Shown piece after piece: positions 49,991 through 61,742 of a DNA stretch of 64,000 nt. The position numbers and the translations under genes were made by a program. Source of the stretch: Octopus sinensis (taxonomy: Eukaryota); assembly GCF_006345805.1 (NCBI RefSeq), contig NC_043011.1, forward strand, positions 44,838,464-44,902,463. The letters are read 5' to 3'. Every line of letters begins with the position of its first letter. The first letter of the stretch is position 1. The notes below the pieces were generated by a model that made no database searches, was not told the origin of the DNA, and was given only the letters and a program-made list of their open reading frames with translations.

Positions 49991-50857
49991 CTGTGGTGGC
50001 CATCCTGCATCTGTTGGAGGTGGCCTTATGTGGTGGTAGTTCCAGCTTTGTGCTTGTAGCCAGGTCAGCTGCTGAACAATTTTTTGTGCCATGCACAAAA
50101 AAGACTGCTGTTCAGCTGCCGCCTTTCTCACATCTGGGTGAAGCTGGCCACCTGTTGGGTTTCCGCGCACCACATCTGCATACCGTCTTTCAGTAGTGGT
50201 CAGTGCGCTTTTTTCCCTTCTTTTAACTTTTTGTTTTTGTTTTTGTTCTCCCTGAGGGAGGGACCTCTGTCTCGCGTCCGTGCGGTTTTGGTAGGGCCTC
50301 CGATGTGCAAAGCGACAGTTTGCACCTTCAACGCCGTACCAGCAGTCCCCCCTCAGGTAGAATTTGCAGGTGTTTCTTCCCTGCCCTTACAGTTTTTGCT
50401 GGGGTCCCTCTGCTTTCTCTGGACAGGGCTTCCTTTAGCCTTGATTCTGTCACCCTTTACCCTCCTGCTTCCCATCAATTCCAGGGTGCCTTTCCTTTCT
50501 TGCGGCCATCGCACCTCTTTGGTCTTCAGTTGTGGTGTTGGAAGCTGGACATGTGTCATCGTTTCCCTTTGTTCCAGGCTTCTCCATTTGGCTCTGGATG
50601 CTTTCTTCCTCATCCTTTTGGCCCTCCCTGCTGCCGTCACCTCCTCCCAGGATGATGTCCAGGGTGTCCATATGTTGCCTGATTAGAGCGTACGAACGGA
50701 TAACTTCTCTCTTCTTTCGCTCTATCTGGGCGGTGGTTCTCGAAAAATTGTTGCTTTTCAGCGCCGCAGCAATAATTTCGTTCGGCGAGTCGTCCTCAGC
50801 GATCTTCCAAGCGCGGACGAACAATTGCACCTCTCTCGCAGACCAGTTTCTTGCCAT
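49949..50857 (-). pseudogene. LINE ORF1 (about 300 aa when two frameshifts are bridged): N-terminal Myb/SANT-like domain and a CCCH zinc finger
   Basis: MARNWSAREVQLFVRAW..IIAAALKSNNFSRTTAQIERKKREVIRSY; manual translation near 50300-50360 gives TCKFYLRGDCWYGVEGANCRFAH; continues into ORF 49949..50173. Confidence 0.7.
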
Positions 50858-52628
50858 TTTCTTCTAGTGAAATATAGGAACAGAGAGAGAGATAGAGAAG
50901 GAGAGATATGGAGAGGGAGAAGAGAAGGAAAAAAGCCAGGGGGGATAGAGAGAGAGACGAGGGGATTTTCCTGAGAGAAGAGAGAAAGAGAAAAATAAGA
51001 GGGAAAAAGAGAAAGGTGAGAGAATGGCAGGTCAGCAGGGGGAGAGTGAGCGGGATAGAGGTGTAGTAAAAGGGACAGGGTGGAAAGTGAGACAAGAGGT
51101 GGACCCTAGGGGGGGCAGGGAGAAGAAAGGCGGAGAGATAAAATGGAGAGGAAGAGAGAGATGAAATGGAGAGGGGAGAGAGAGAGGGCAGGATAGAGGT
51201 ACCAGGGAGTGAAGTAAAGGACAGAGAGGGTGGTGTGGAGGAAGGAACAGAGAGAGGAAAAAATGGAGAGGAAGAGAGGTGAAATGAGAGGGAGAGAGAT
51301 AGAGGGCGGGTAAGGTACCAGGGAGTGAAGTAAAGGGACAGAGAGGTGGTTGGAGGAAGGGAAGAAGAGGAAAAAAGAGACAGGGGGTGGTGAGCCTTAG
51401 AGGGAACAGGAGAGGAAAGGTAGGAAGAAAAAAGGGGGGAAGAGGAAGAGAGGGGGCGCAACAGAGTGTAGTAAAGGGACAATGGAGGGTGGTGTAGAGA
51501 AAGAAATAGGGGACAGAAGGGGAAGAGGAAAAGGGGTTTGACCTGTGAAGGAGCGGAGAGGAAAGAGGCAGAGAGAGGGAGGGGGAGTAACAGAGAGAGA
51601 GAGAGAAAGAGGGCGGTATATAGATACAAGAGAGAATGAGTGAAGTTGAGGAACTGAGAGAGGGGGTGAGGTGAGAGAAAGTTGATCTGAGAGAGATGCA
51701 GAAAGAGAAACGATTGCAGAGGGAGAGAGAGGGAGGAGGGGAGAGTGAGAGCGGAAATAGAGGGTCTGGTGGATGGGGAGACAGATAAGGTATAAACAGT
51801 ATGAGAGAGATAGAAATAGAAATGTAAGAAAGAGAGGGAGAGATTATAAAGATAGAATAGCGCGTATTTTATATCTTTTTAATTATTATTTTCTGTTTGA
51901 AAGAACACTAATGATAACAAATAATAAAAATGTATGAGAGAGATAGAAATAGAAATGTAAAAAAGAGAAAGAGAGTGCGTGGCAGGCACGAAATATAAAA
52001 GATTATAAAGATAGAATACGCGTATTTTTTATATTTTTTATATCTTTTGTTTTTAATTATTCTGTTTTGAAAGAACACTAATGATAACAAGATAAATAAT
52101 ATCTTACCTTACCGGCTGACAGAGAGTACTTACGTGATTCTTTTTATAAGAAAGGAAGATAGATAGACAAGACAGACCTTTTATATTCCTCCCCAAGCGC
52201 ACTTTGTAAACAAAAGGGGTTTGAGTTTCGATTAGCACATGCAACAGTTTCACGATACTTTCTATATTTTCCTAGCGATTTGGTATTAAGCAGCAAATTT
52301 TTCAGAGGCTTTTTTCAGAACACGCAGATATACATCAAAACGAAAATATCCTTCTCAAAATACTGTGTCTTGTTGATTCACAGACGAAGAATAAATTCAC
52401 TTCGATTTCGGGAAGTAACACACGTGCGTTTTAACACACGTGTATTCGCGAGTATGTTCTAGTTGCAAATACTACATCAAAAGCGAAAATATTCTTCTCA
52501 AATACAGTGACTTGTTGTACTATCACTTATATTCGCTTTGCAGACAATTTCGCTTCTGATAATCGATCTCTGGAAGGACTTCTTTAATATTTAGGAGAGA
52601 CACGTTAACACACTTGTTGTTAGTTCAG

Positions 52629-52638
52629 CGCCATCTTG
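52629..52638 (-). promoter_or_regulatory. YY1 consensus site (CAAGATGGCG) at the putative LINE 5' end
   Basis: cgccatcttg on + matches the YY1 consensus CGCCATnTT; it lies immediately before the (TA)n array. Confidence 0.45.
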
Positions 52639-52639
52639 A

Positions 52640-52946
52640 TATATATAACATATATATATATTATATATATACATATATAATATTCTATATACATATATTA
52701 TATATATATACATATATTATATATATATTAATATTATATATATTATATACATAAATATATATAATATATATATATAATATATATATATACATATAATATA
52801 TTTATATATATATATACATATATATATACAATATATATAATATATATACATATATATTATATAATATATATATTATATATAATTACATAGATATATATAC
52901 ATATATATATATATATAATATATTATTATATATTCTATATTAATAC

Positions 52947-52977
<31 letters not shown>

Positions 52978-53008
52978 CATATATATAATATATATATACA
53001 TATATATA

Positions 53009-53043
<35 letters not shown>

Positions 53044-53113
53044 GATATATATATATATATATATCCATATATATATATATATATATATACTATATAAGAT
53101 ATATCTATATATA

Positions 53114-53146
<33 letters not shown>

Positions 53147-53223
53147 GTCTATAACATATATATTAATATATATACTATATACATATATATATATATATTA
53201 CCTAATATATATATATACATATA

Positions 53224-53254
<31 letters not shown>

Positions 53255-53292
53255 CTATATATATATTAATATCTATATATATATATATACAT

Positions 53293-53339
<47 letters not shown>

Positions 53340-53490
53340 TACATTAATATATATATATATATATATTATACATATATTATATATATACATATATATATAT
53401 ATCTACTATATATATATATATGTCTATATATACATTTATAGGTATGTATATATATTTATATGTATGTATGTGTGTATGAATATACCTACA
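52640..53490. repeat. Degenerate (TA)n array of about 850 bp
   Basis: Direct reading. Confidence 0.97.
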
Positions 53491-54269
53491 TACATAACTC
53501 TTACAATTGACGCAGTTTATAATGAGCATGGATAATGTTATCAATCGGTTATTGTAATAAGCAGGTTTCACTGAATAAGCAAAGTTTTTTTTTTTATTAT
53601 TCTTTCACTTTTACTTTCACTCAATAATCTGCTTTATATATCCTGTTTCTTTATTATCTGCTTTATATATCTTTCCACAAGTACATTCACGGTAATAATA
53701 CCCTAATCATACACGAAACGTAATTTATCCCCCTTTGTGTGAACTCTTTACGCAAAACGTAAACCAATATTTCCTCTTATTTTGTTGGAGCAAACATTGA
53801 GAGATTTCAGATGTTTGTTTTCTCTTTCGCTCTTTTCTTTTCATAATTTCAGCTCCTTTCCTTCATTTCCTCCTCCTCCTCCTCCCCTCTCTCTTTCTCT
53901 CCTCTCTCCTCCTCTCTCCTTCTTTCCCTTCTTTCCTTTCTTCTCTGCTCTTGTTTTCTTTATTTTTATTCTCTTTTTGTTTTTCCTTTTCTATCTGTCT
54001 AAAACCAGAAATCAATAACTTATTCTCTATCGTCTACATTCTTTCTCTTCTACTATCTGTTTTCTGCATTCTCTCTCCCACCGTCTCCCTCTCTCCCTCT
54101 CTCCTCCTCTCTCTCTCTCTCTCTTTCTCTCTTTCTGTCGCTTCTTTCTCTTTCTCGGTCACTTATAAACAATAACGATCCTTTCTAGTCACCAAATTAC
54201 ACTGTTACGCCATTAGTTAACCTCCGGTTCAGAAAAACCCAACCTTTGATCGAACTTGCCTTAATATTG

Positions 54270-54501
54270 AGCAGAATCGTTAGCATGCCAGGCAAAATGC
54301 TAAGCGGCCTTTCGTCCGTCTTTACGTTCTGAGTTCAAATACTGCCGAGATCGACTTTGCCTTTCTTCCTTTCGGGGTAGGTGCAATAAGTACCAGTTTA
54401 GCAATGGGTTCGATGCAATTGACTCACCCTCCCATCAGAAACTGCAGGCCCTGTACCACGATTTGAAATTATTATCATCGTCATCGTCATCATCATCACC
54501 A

Positions 54502-54546
<45 letters not shown>

Positions 54547-54620
54547 CATTATTGGGGCCGATGTAATCGACTAGTCCTCTCCCCCAAATTTCAGGCCTTG
54601 TGCCTATAGTAGAAAGAATT
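54270..54620 (+). mobile_element. Degenerate SINE family A with (ATC)/(TTA)n expansion
   Basis: cgttagcatgccaggcaaaatgctaagcg..ttctgagttcaaatactgccgagatcgactttgcc. Confidence 0.75.
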
Positions 54621-54629
54621 TATTATTAC

Positions 54630-54662
<33 letters not shown>

Positions 54663-55341
54663 CGATGACCATAACATATGGCTTGTAAACATTTCTGAAC
54701 TGAAATACTTTTAAAGAGTGTCTCGGAATAACTCCAAGACTTGTAACTTCTCAGTATTTACATCTTGTTTGTCCCATATTTTCACAGCGATCTTGTAGAT
54801 TATGAAATACCATAACGCTTTATATAAAACACCGAAGTGTATAACATCTATACAGTATATACAAATGTAAAACAATGCTTGCTGTAATGTTCTGTCTCAG
54901 AGATTCTTCTCAAAGAGATTCATTTGTTAAAAACACAGTCTCGTTCGGAATCCTGATGAATCGCAAAACACAATGTTTCGACTTGATTTGGTCTCTTCAG
55001 TGACGATTATTCAAATGTTCCAAGCTCAGTCGAAAAATTATTGTTCCGACATAGAAATCGGTAAACAGAACATTTACTGATCTCTGCGAAAGTGGTCAAA
55101 ATGAAGGTAAATTAACATATGCACATGAAACACTCTGCGATCAGATGGGATGCCATGAGATATGCTAGCTACCCTATAGTTAGGACCCTGACAAGTGTTA
55201 CTAAAACGGGACAGTGTTGACCTGGGAACAGTAGTGACTGACACACTCCTCAGAATCTTGGAACTACCAAATCAGAGCCCCTCCACAGAATGTAGTTTAA
55301 CATATTACCCAGGACATAGATACGCTCGTGCATATACATAT

Positions 55342-55590
55342 TAGGTTTTGTTAGTAAATGCTTAAAGGAGAATTTGGATAAACTGTGATTTTCAGAAAGA
55401 GAAACTGACCGGCTAATTCGTACATTAAAAGTGCAATCTGTGAGTGGGACAGTAAAAATATGCAAGACTTTTCTCAAGTTCCAAATGTGAATTTGTCCGT
55501 GTTAACGACATCCCAAAGTTGGAGCCGTGTATCTTTGTTGGAAACCAGCTCCCTCCTCAGTGGAAGGTTTCTAATAATTAAAAAAAAAAG
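55342..55590 (+). mobile_element. R4/Dong-type LINE 3' end, second copy (same family as 43868-44385)
   Basis: taggttttgttagtaaatgcttaaagg..gtgcaatctgtgagtgggacagtaaaaatatgcaagacttttctcaagttccaaatgtga, followed by an A-rich tail. Confidence 0.85.
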
Positions 55591-55749
55591 AAGATACAGA
55601 CAGACAGATAGACAGGGAATAAACCAATTTAATGATAAACTATTCGAATATGCAAGACGGTTCGATTGGCTGTAGAATTTACTTCCTTGGTTAAAAATTT
55701 TTCCAAAGAATACCTTGTTAAAGTAGGATCTCACGAATATACTGATAGG

Positions 55750-55751
55750 AT

Positions 55752-55785
<34 letters not shown>

Positions 55786-55814
55786 CAGACAGGTAGGTAG
55801 GTAGGTAGGCAGGC

Positions 55815-55893
<79 letters not shown>

Positions 55894-55900
55894 CAGATAA
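55750..55900. repeat. (GATA)n/(GGTA)n/(GACA)n microsatellite
   Basis: Direct reading. Confidence 0.95.
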
Positions 55901-56466
55901 AGAGAGAGAGTGAGAGATGTGGGGGGTGTTTTGAGAAACACCATTATCTCCCTCCCTACCCATACACCCGATCTACTCATAAAGTCATTACATTTCGTTG
56001 CTTCGACACGCACGAAAGTGTCTTCAGAGGGAACGTCAAAGGGGTCGGTGAACGCGCGTGTATACGGTGGATATGTTACAAGTGCCGAAACTGTATATGT
56101 GTTTATGTATATTTGAGGTTTTGTGGCCAGGGATGTGTCTCACTTCTAAATCTTCATTTAATACCTGTCTACGGGTTTGTCAGTCAGCCTGTATATATGT
56201 TTGCATGTATATACGTACGTATACATACGTATCTGTCTGTCTGTCAGAAATCCCGTGAACGATGAAGGCGAACATATTTCGCCATGTGATCGGTTTGAAA
56301 AATTGTTAAGACACTAGGATATTTTCCTACTTTTCTTAACATGAAACCAATGGCAGCCTTACTTCAGAAATAACGAAATTATATATCCACCATGTGTTGT
56401 TGAGCACTCATTTCCTCTTTCGGCATTCACGTATATATATAATATATATATATATATATATCTAAC

Positions 56467-56497
<31 letters not shown>

Positions 56498-56589
56498 GCA
56501 TGTATGTATGTACGTATATATGTATAATCATATATTCATATATATATACGTCTGTCTGTCTGTCTATCTATGTATATACATATATATAT

Positions 56590-56623
<34 letters not shown>

Positions 56624-56887
56624 ATACATACATGCGTACATTCGAACGTACTTACGTATATGCATACATATATCTATATTTCATTTTTGTATTTGGTTTT
56701 CCAGATTGCTGATGTGAAGTCGTGTGTTGAAGCATATTTTGATGTATTTTAGGCGGCTATTATGCCGATAATAAATACACACACTGACTGTATTTCACTT
56801 CTTTATTGTACTTGATCCGTGATTTAATCAGTGAATTTTATCGTTTCTTTGATTAGTCGTTCGGGAAATCTACCAATTAGCTATGTT

Positions 56888-56930
56888 TGCCAAAGTCCTT
56901 TCGTTGCTAAGCGCAACCTCATCAATGACA
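56888..56930 (-). ncRNA. Hammerhead-like motif, second family (C3 replaced by U)
   Basis: Minus strand: tgtca-TTGATGA-g-gttgc gctta gcaac-GAAA-g ga c TT-tggca. Confidence 0.55.
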
Positions 56931-57396
56931 TGCCAACATTTTGTCCGTGTCTGTGTGTGTGTGTCTGTCTGTGTGTGTGTCTGTGTGTGTCTGTGTGTGT
57001 TACAAAAACTGATGTTAAAATATGGCGGCCAAACCGTCACAGCCAACTGTCTCAAAAAATAAGTAAAAAGGGAACTACCACAAGATATGTAAGGTTAGTC
57101 ATAAATCTACATATATAGACACGTCAGTGTGTTGTTGACGCGTGCACATGGTTTGACCACATGTGTGTGCATATCTGATTAATGCTGATGCATGCCATCA
57201 TTCACATACATCTAGTTAGTCGTAAAACACGGCATAAATCAAATACTGCGTTGGGGATGTTATATGTATGTATGTATGTACATATATATATATATGTTTA
57301 TATGTATGTATATATATATATGTGTGTTTATATGTATGTATGTATGTATATATATATGTTTATATGTATGTATGTATATATATATATGTTTATATG

Positions 57397-57438
<42 letters not shown>

Positions 57439-57520
57439 TATATGTATGTATATATATATATGTTATATATCGCCACCACACTCCGCAGAAGAAGAGAGAA
57501 AATTTATAGACTTTTAAGTT

Positions 57521-57560
<40 letters not shown>

Positions 57561-59209
57561 TGCGAATGCTGGATTAATAAACATACTGCTGTGTGCTAGT
57601 TCAGTGGTGTGCATTCGTTCATTAGTATTCGAAATACTGTATTGATTTCTTGTTTCAGTTGTTAGAATGGAAGTTTAAGAGTGATTAAGAGTTATATTAT
57701 TGTAACATGATCCGAACCACTGCAAAAGTAAGTAAAGCCACTAGACTTACATGGCTAAATACGCATACACTCATACACACACACAAACACACACACACAC
57801 ACCACACACACACACACATACATGCTCCAACGCCTCCTCCACCACACACGCAATCCATTCATAAAATTAAAAGAAACGCATGTTTAACCACTCAGGCATT
57901 TTACAGAATCCACAGCATAGACATGCACGAATGCAAGAGCACATTTCACGAACGTACACACTCTATCGTTGTCTATCGTTCCCTTTCTCCTCTCCCTTTC
58001 TAACATATATTCTCACTGACATCCATATAAATATATTCATTGGCAAGAAAAGATGTTTAAACAAGAGGATTTCGAAGGATTTCTTCGATACAGTGTAGGC
58101 AGGGTTTATTGTCGTAAATAAAAGAATATTTTAAGATTCCGCGATACAGAGGTGGCAAGGGTTTGTTGTTAGATAAGAGAACATTGTAAACTTGTACAGT
58201 ACAGAGTTTGATAAGAGAACATTGTAAACTTGTTCAGTACAGAGTTAGATAAAGAGATTGTAGGAGAGCTGACCATACTAACAGATTTGAGTGGATTAAA
58301 GGATTGAACTGCGACGTTCCGTGGTCAATCACATAATGCAACATCTTGAACATGTGTCTCATATATTTAGTGTGTGTGTGCGCGCGTATGTGAGTGCGTG
58401 TATACATGCATGTGTGTACGTGCGTGTGAGTATGTGTTTGCTTGTGTATATATATATATATACGTTTGTGTATCTCTGTGTATTTCACTTAAATCATCAG
58501 CATGCCAGCAATGTTTATTTCTCTTACTAAAGATTACTTTGTGTTATACCCAAAGACTTTAACGGTCACTGCGTTCGTTAATTAATTAAATAAATCAATT
58601 AAATTCATTGAATGCAAAAGTCAGTCGTTAAGGCTTGTGGTTAAGGCTTGTGATGTTTATATCACAGTCTTATCGGGTACACTAGTTCATAAACCTTCAT
58701 CGGCAATTATATACACACACACTCGCACACATACACACACATGCATGTGTGTGGATGTGTGTATAAATATATATGCACATTTATATATCTATCTAATAGT
58801 TGATGAAATTTTTTGAACTAGTGTACCTTAAGTGATTGTAAGATGTGTGTGTGTGTGAGAATGGAACAGAAGAAGCAGCTATGCACTACATATGTTTCAA
58901 AAGTGTACGGAAGTGTTTCATAGTTATACTGTACATTTCATAGTCTGGCGCATACTTGTGCAAAACCCATTTGCCGTAACGTATTGTCAAAGGAATAAAT
59001 AAGATACGCATTCTGACTATCATATAAGGAGTGGAAAATAGTCCTGGTAAACAATCAATCGCGTCACCTCCTCACAAATTACTTCACCGAGGTAGAGGTG
59101 GGTGTGATCTCTAAAAAGTCACTACAGAATTTATTTATAATTTCATTTCAGCGAAAACTGTGTTATGACGAATGTAAACTACCTTTTTATATACAATATA
59201 TTTGAAGGC

Positions 59210-59434
59210 GAGCTGGCTGAAACGTTAGCACACCGGGCGAAATGCGTAGCCGTATTTCGTCTGCCGCTACATTCAGAGTTCAAATTCCGCCGAGGTCGAT
59301 TTTGCCTTTCATCCTTTCGGGGTCGATTAAATAAGTACCAGTTACACACTGGGGTCGATATAATCGACTTAATCCGTTTGTCTGTCCTTGTTTGTCTTCT
59401 CTGTGTTTATCCCCTTGTGGGTAGTAAAGAAATA
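59210..59434 (+). mobile_element. SINE family A with a TSD overlapping the head
   Basis: aatatatttgaaggc at about 59195-59209 and 59435-59449. Confidence 0.9.
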
Positions 59435-59994
59435 AATATATTTGAAGGCAGAATAAGGGGCAACGGAAATATAAGCCATGTTTCAATCACGTGTTGGTAT
59501 CTCTTCAACAACTGTTCACCCTTCTTTCTTATCCAGAAACATAGTTGTTGTATAACCATTAATATTTTTCTCCACAGTATCACATTTCATCCATCGGTCA
59601 ACCAGTTTTAATTGTGTTCACCCAAATGCTCCTCCGATTCTGCCAATCTACCTCCTTTTTTGGTTTTGCCATTCTGCTGCCCCAATGTTCCATCGAATCT
59701 TCCCTTACCTGCTCCTCTATTTGTCCTGGTCGTATATCATCTGTTTTATTACGTTAGTGTGTCATAAAAATAATTTATTAGAAATAACAAAGCATATTTA
59801 ACCTGTTAGATACCCTTGCTACATGGATAAAGGATCAGAATAGCGACAACAAGATCAGATGTTTGTATCCTGACAAGGTCACAGTATTGCAACCATGTCA
59901 AACGCTCGGCCCTTTCCAAACACAAGTGCGACCCGCAAGAGCCGTAGCTAGAGGTTTAATAAAGGGAACCTCCAAAATTTTTAATTATAAATAT

Positions 59995-60292
59995 AAGTGA
60001 GTGGATTTGGTAGACGGAAACTGAAAGAAGCCCGTCGTATATATATGTGTGTGCGTGTCTATGTGTGTTTGACTGTATATGTGTGTCTGTGTTCGTCCCC
60101 ACCAACGTCGCTTGACAACTGATGCTGGTGTTTTTACGTCACCGTAACTTAGCGGTTCTGCAAAAGAAACCGATAGAATAAGTACTAGGCTTACGAAGAA
60201 TAAGTCCTGGAGACGATTTGCTCGACTAAAGGCGGTGGTGCTCCAGCATGGCCGCAGTCAAATGACTGAAACAAGTAAAAGAGTAAAAGAGA
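59995..60292 (+). mobile_element. 5'-truncated SINE family B
   Basis: gtggatttggtagacggaaactgaaagaagcccgtcg..ggcggtggtgctccagcatggccgcagtcaaatgactgaaacaagtaaaagagtaaaaga. Confidence 0.88.
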
Positions 60293-60848
60293 GTTGTAAT
60301 TCAATTAAGAAAAATAGGACTATTGATGAGCAAATAAAAGGTTTTAAAAGATTTTCTCCTCGATAATAAACAATTGATATGACGGAAATCTTTGTTGTAA
60401 ACGATTGTTTAAAAATATGCGGCCCCCATGGCAAAGTCGATTAGCAATGCGGCCCATAAACACTCTGCAGCTTGACTTACCTGCTGTATTAAGTTTACGA
60501 AGAGGTGCTGAAAAGTTCTTGGCTTTGGGTAAAATAAAATATAGGAGGATCAGTTAATTATGACTTTAATCAACATATTCCCCTCTCAGATTCACTGACT
60601 TATTGCAGCTGTCCTTCAGTTTTTCTAAGCCCTATAAAAAAACTTTGAAGGTTGGGTCTCCAATCAGGCCTTCCGCGATTCCCTTAAAGCCAGGAACTTT
60701 TCAGGAACACGCCCAAACACACTACCGTCAAATGACTCTGACTTTACCCAGCTGTAAACAGGTTTCATGCTGTAACAGCAGTTCTGTCGTTGGGGGAAAG
60801 GGGCAATGGAGTTTTAGAAATTAGAAATGGTGTTTTTTGTTAACTTGT

Positions 60849-61034
60849 TAACCTGAAGCACTGAATTCAATTCCTGACGTGGAGAGAATGGCTTGGACAG
60901 AGGTAATTTAAAAGGCGAAGTGGTCTTTAAGCTCTAGCGTTTGAATGGGTAACACAAGGACTGGCCTCCTTCTCTGCACCGATGACAACGACGACGACGA
61001 CGACCACCACCACCACCACCACCATTATGGCTGA
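60849..61034 (+). repeat. About 185-bp direct duplicate of 63106-63285
   Basis: Identical except for the internal (GAC)n tract. Confidence 0.9.
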
Positions 61035-61046
61035 TTCCAACTACTA

Positions 61047-61409
61047 GGAGCACTCCGTCGGTTACGACGATGAGGTTCCCAGCTGATACGATCAACGGAA
61101 CAGCTTGCTCGTGATAGCACTCCACAGACACGTGTACCCTTAACGTAGTTCTCGAGGAGATTCAGCGTGACACAGAGTGTGACAAGGCTGGCCCTTTGAA
61201 ATACAGGTACAACAGAAACAGGAAGAAAGAGTGAGAGAAAGTTGTGGTGAAAGAGTACAGCAGGGTTCACCACCACCCCCTGCAGGAGCCTTGTGAAGCT
61301 TTAGGTGTTTTCGCTCAATAAACACTCACAATGCCCGGTCTGGGAATCGAAACCGCGATCCTACGACCGCGAGTCCGCTGCCCTAACCACTGGGCCATTG
61401 CGCCTCCAC
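61047..61409 (-). mobile_element. SINE family C with an 11-bp TSD
   Basis: tccaactacta at 61036-61046 and 61410-61420. Confidence 0.92.
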
Positions 61410-61701
61410 TCCAACTACTACTAATGCTCCCACTCCCACTTTTCGTCCTCCAAATTAAACACTAAACACAGAGTGGAAACGTAGTTACGATAGCGTTAGC
61501 ATATGTCTTATTTATTTATCATGTCCATGTCCATCGTCATCGCCATCGTCATCATCACCATTGCCGTTGCCGTGGCCGTTGTCGTCGTCCTCGTTGTAAA
61601 ACACCCGGAAAACTTTATAGTTCAGTCACGAAGATTACTGATTAGTCTGTGACAAAATTACAAATGTATATGTATATAGATAGCATACACACTTGTATGT
61701 T

Positions 61702-61742
<41 letters not shown>

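Larger units (their letters stand above)
46911..52640 (-). mobile_element. Near full-length CR1-group non-LTR retrotransposon; 5' boundary inferred, coding part 46911-50857 certain
   Basis: ORF1, then APE-RT ORF2, then a 3' tail with a tandem aaggatttt repeat; (TA)n arrays at both ends. Confidence 0.75.

Noticed and set aside
50796-51629. 277-aa L/S/P/F-rich ORF
   Set aside because: Translation of a CT-rich low-complexity tract.
54966-55005. Minus-strand hammerhead-like CTGAAGA-gac(8)gtc-GAAAC-ATT-gtgtt
   Set aside because: Needs both a stem I indel and a triplet repair; too degenerate to call.
59560-59745. Possible minus-strand host exon (CAG|GTAAGG donor at about 59709, frame DIRPGQIEEQ..)
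   Set aside because: Weak acceptor, short frame and no recognisable protein; cannot be supported without RNA-seq.
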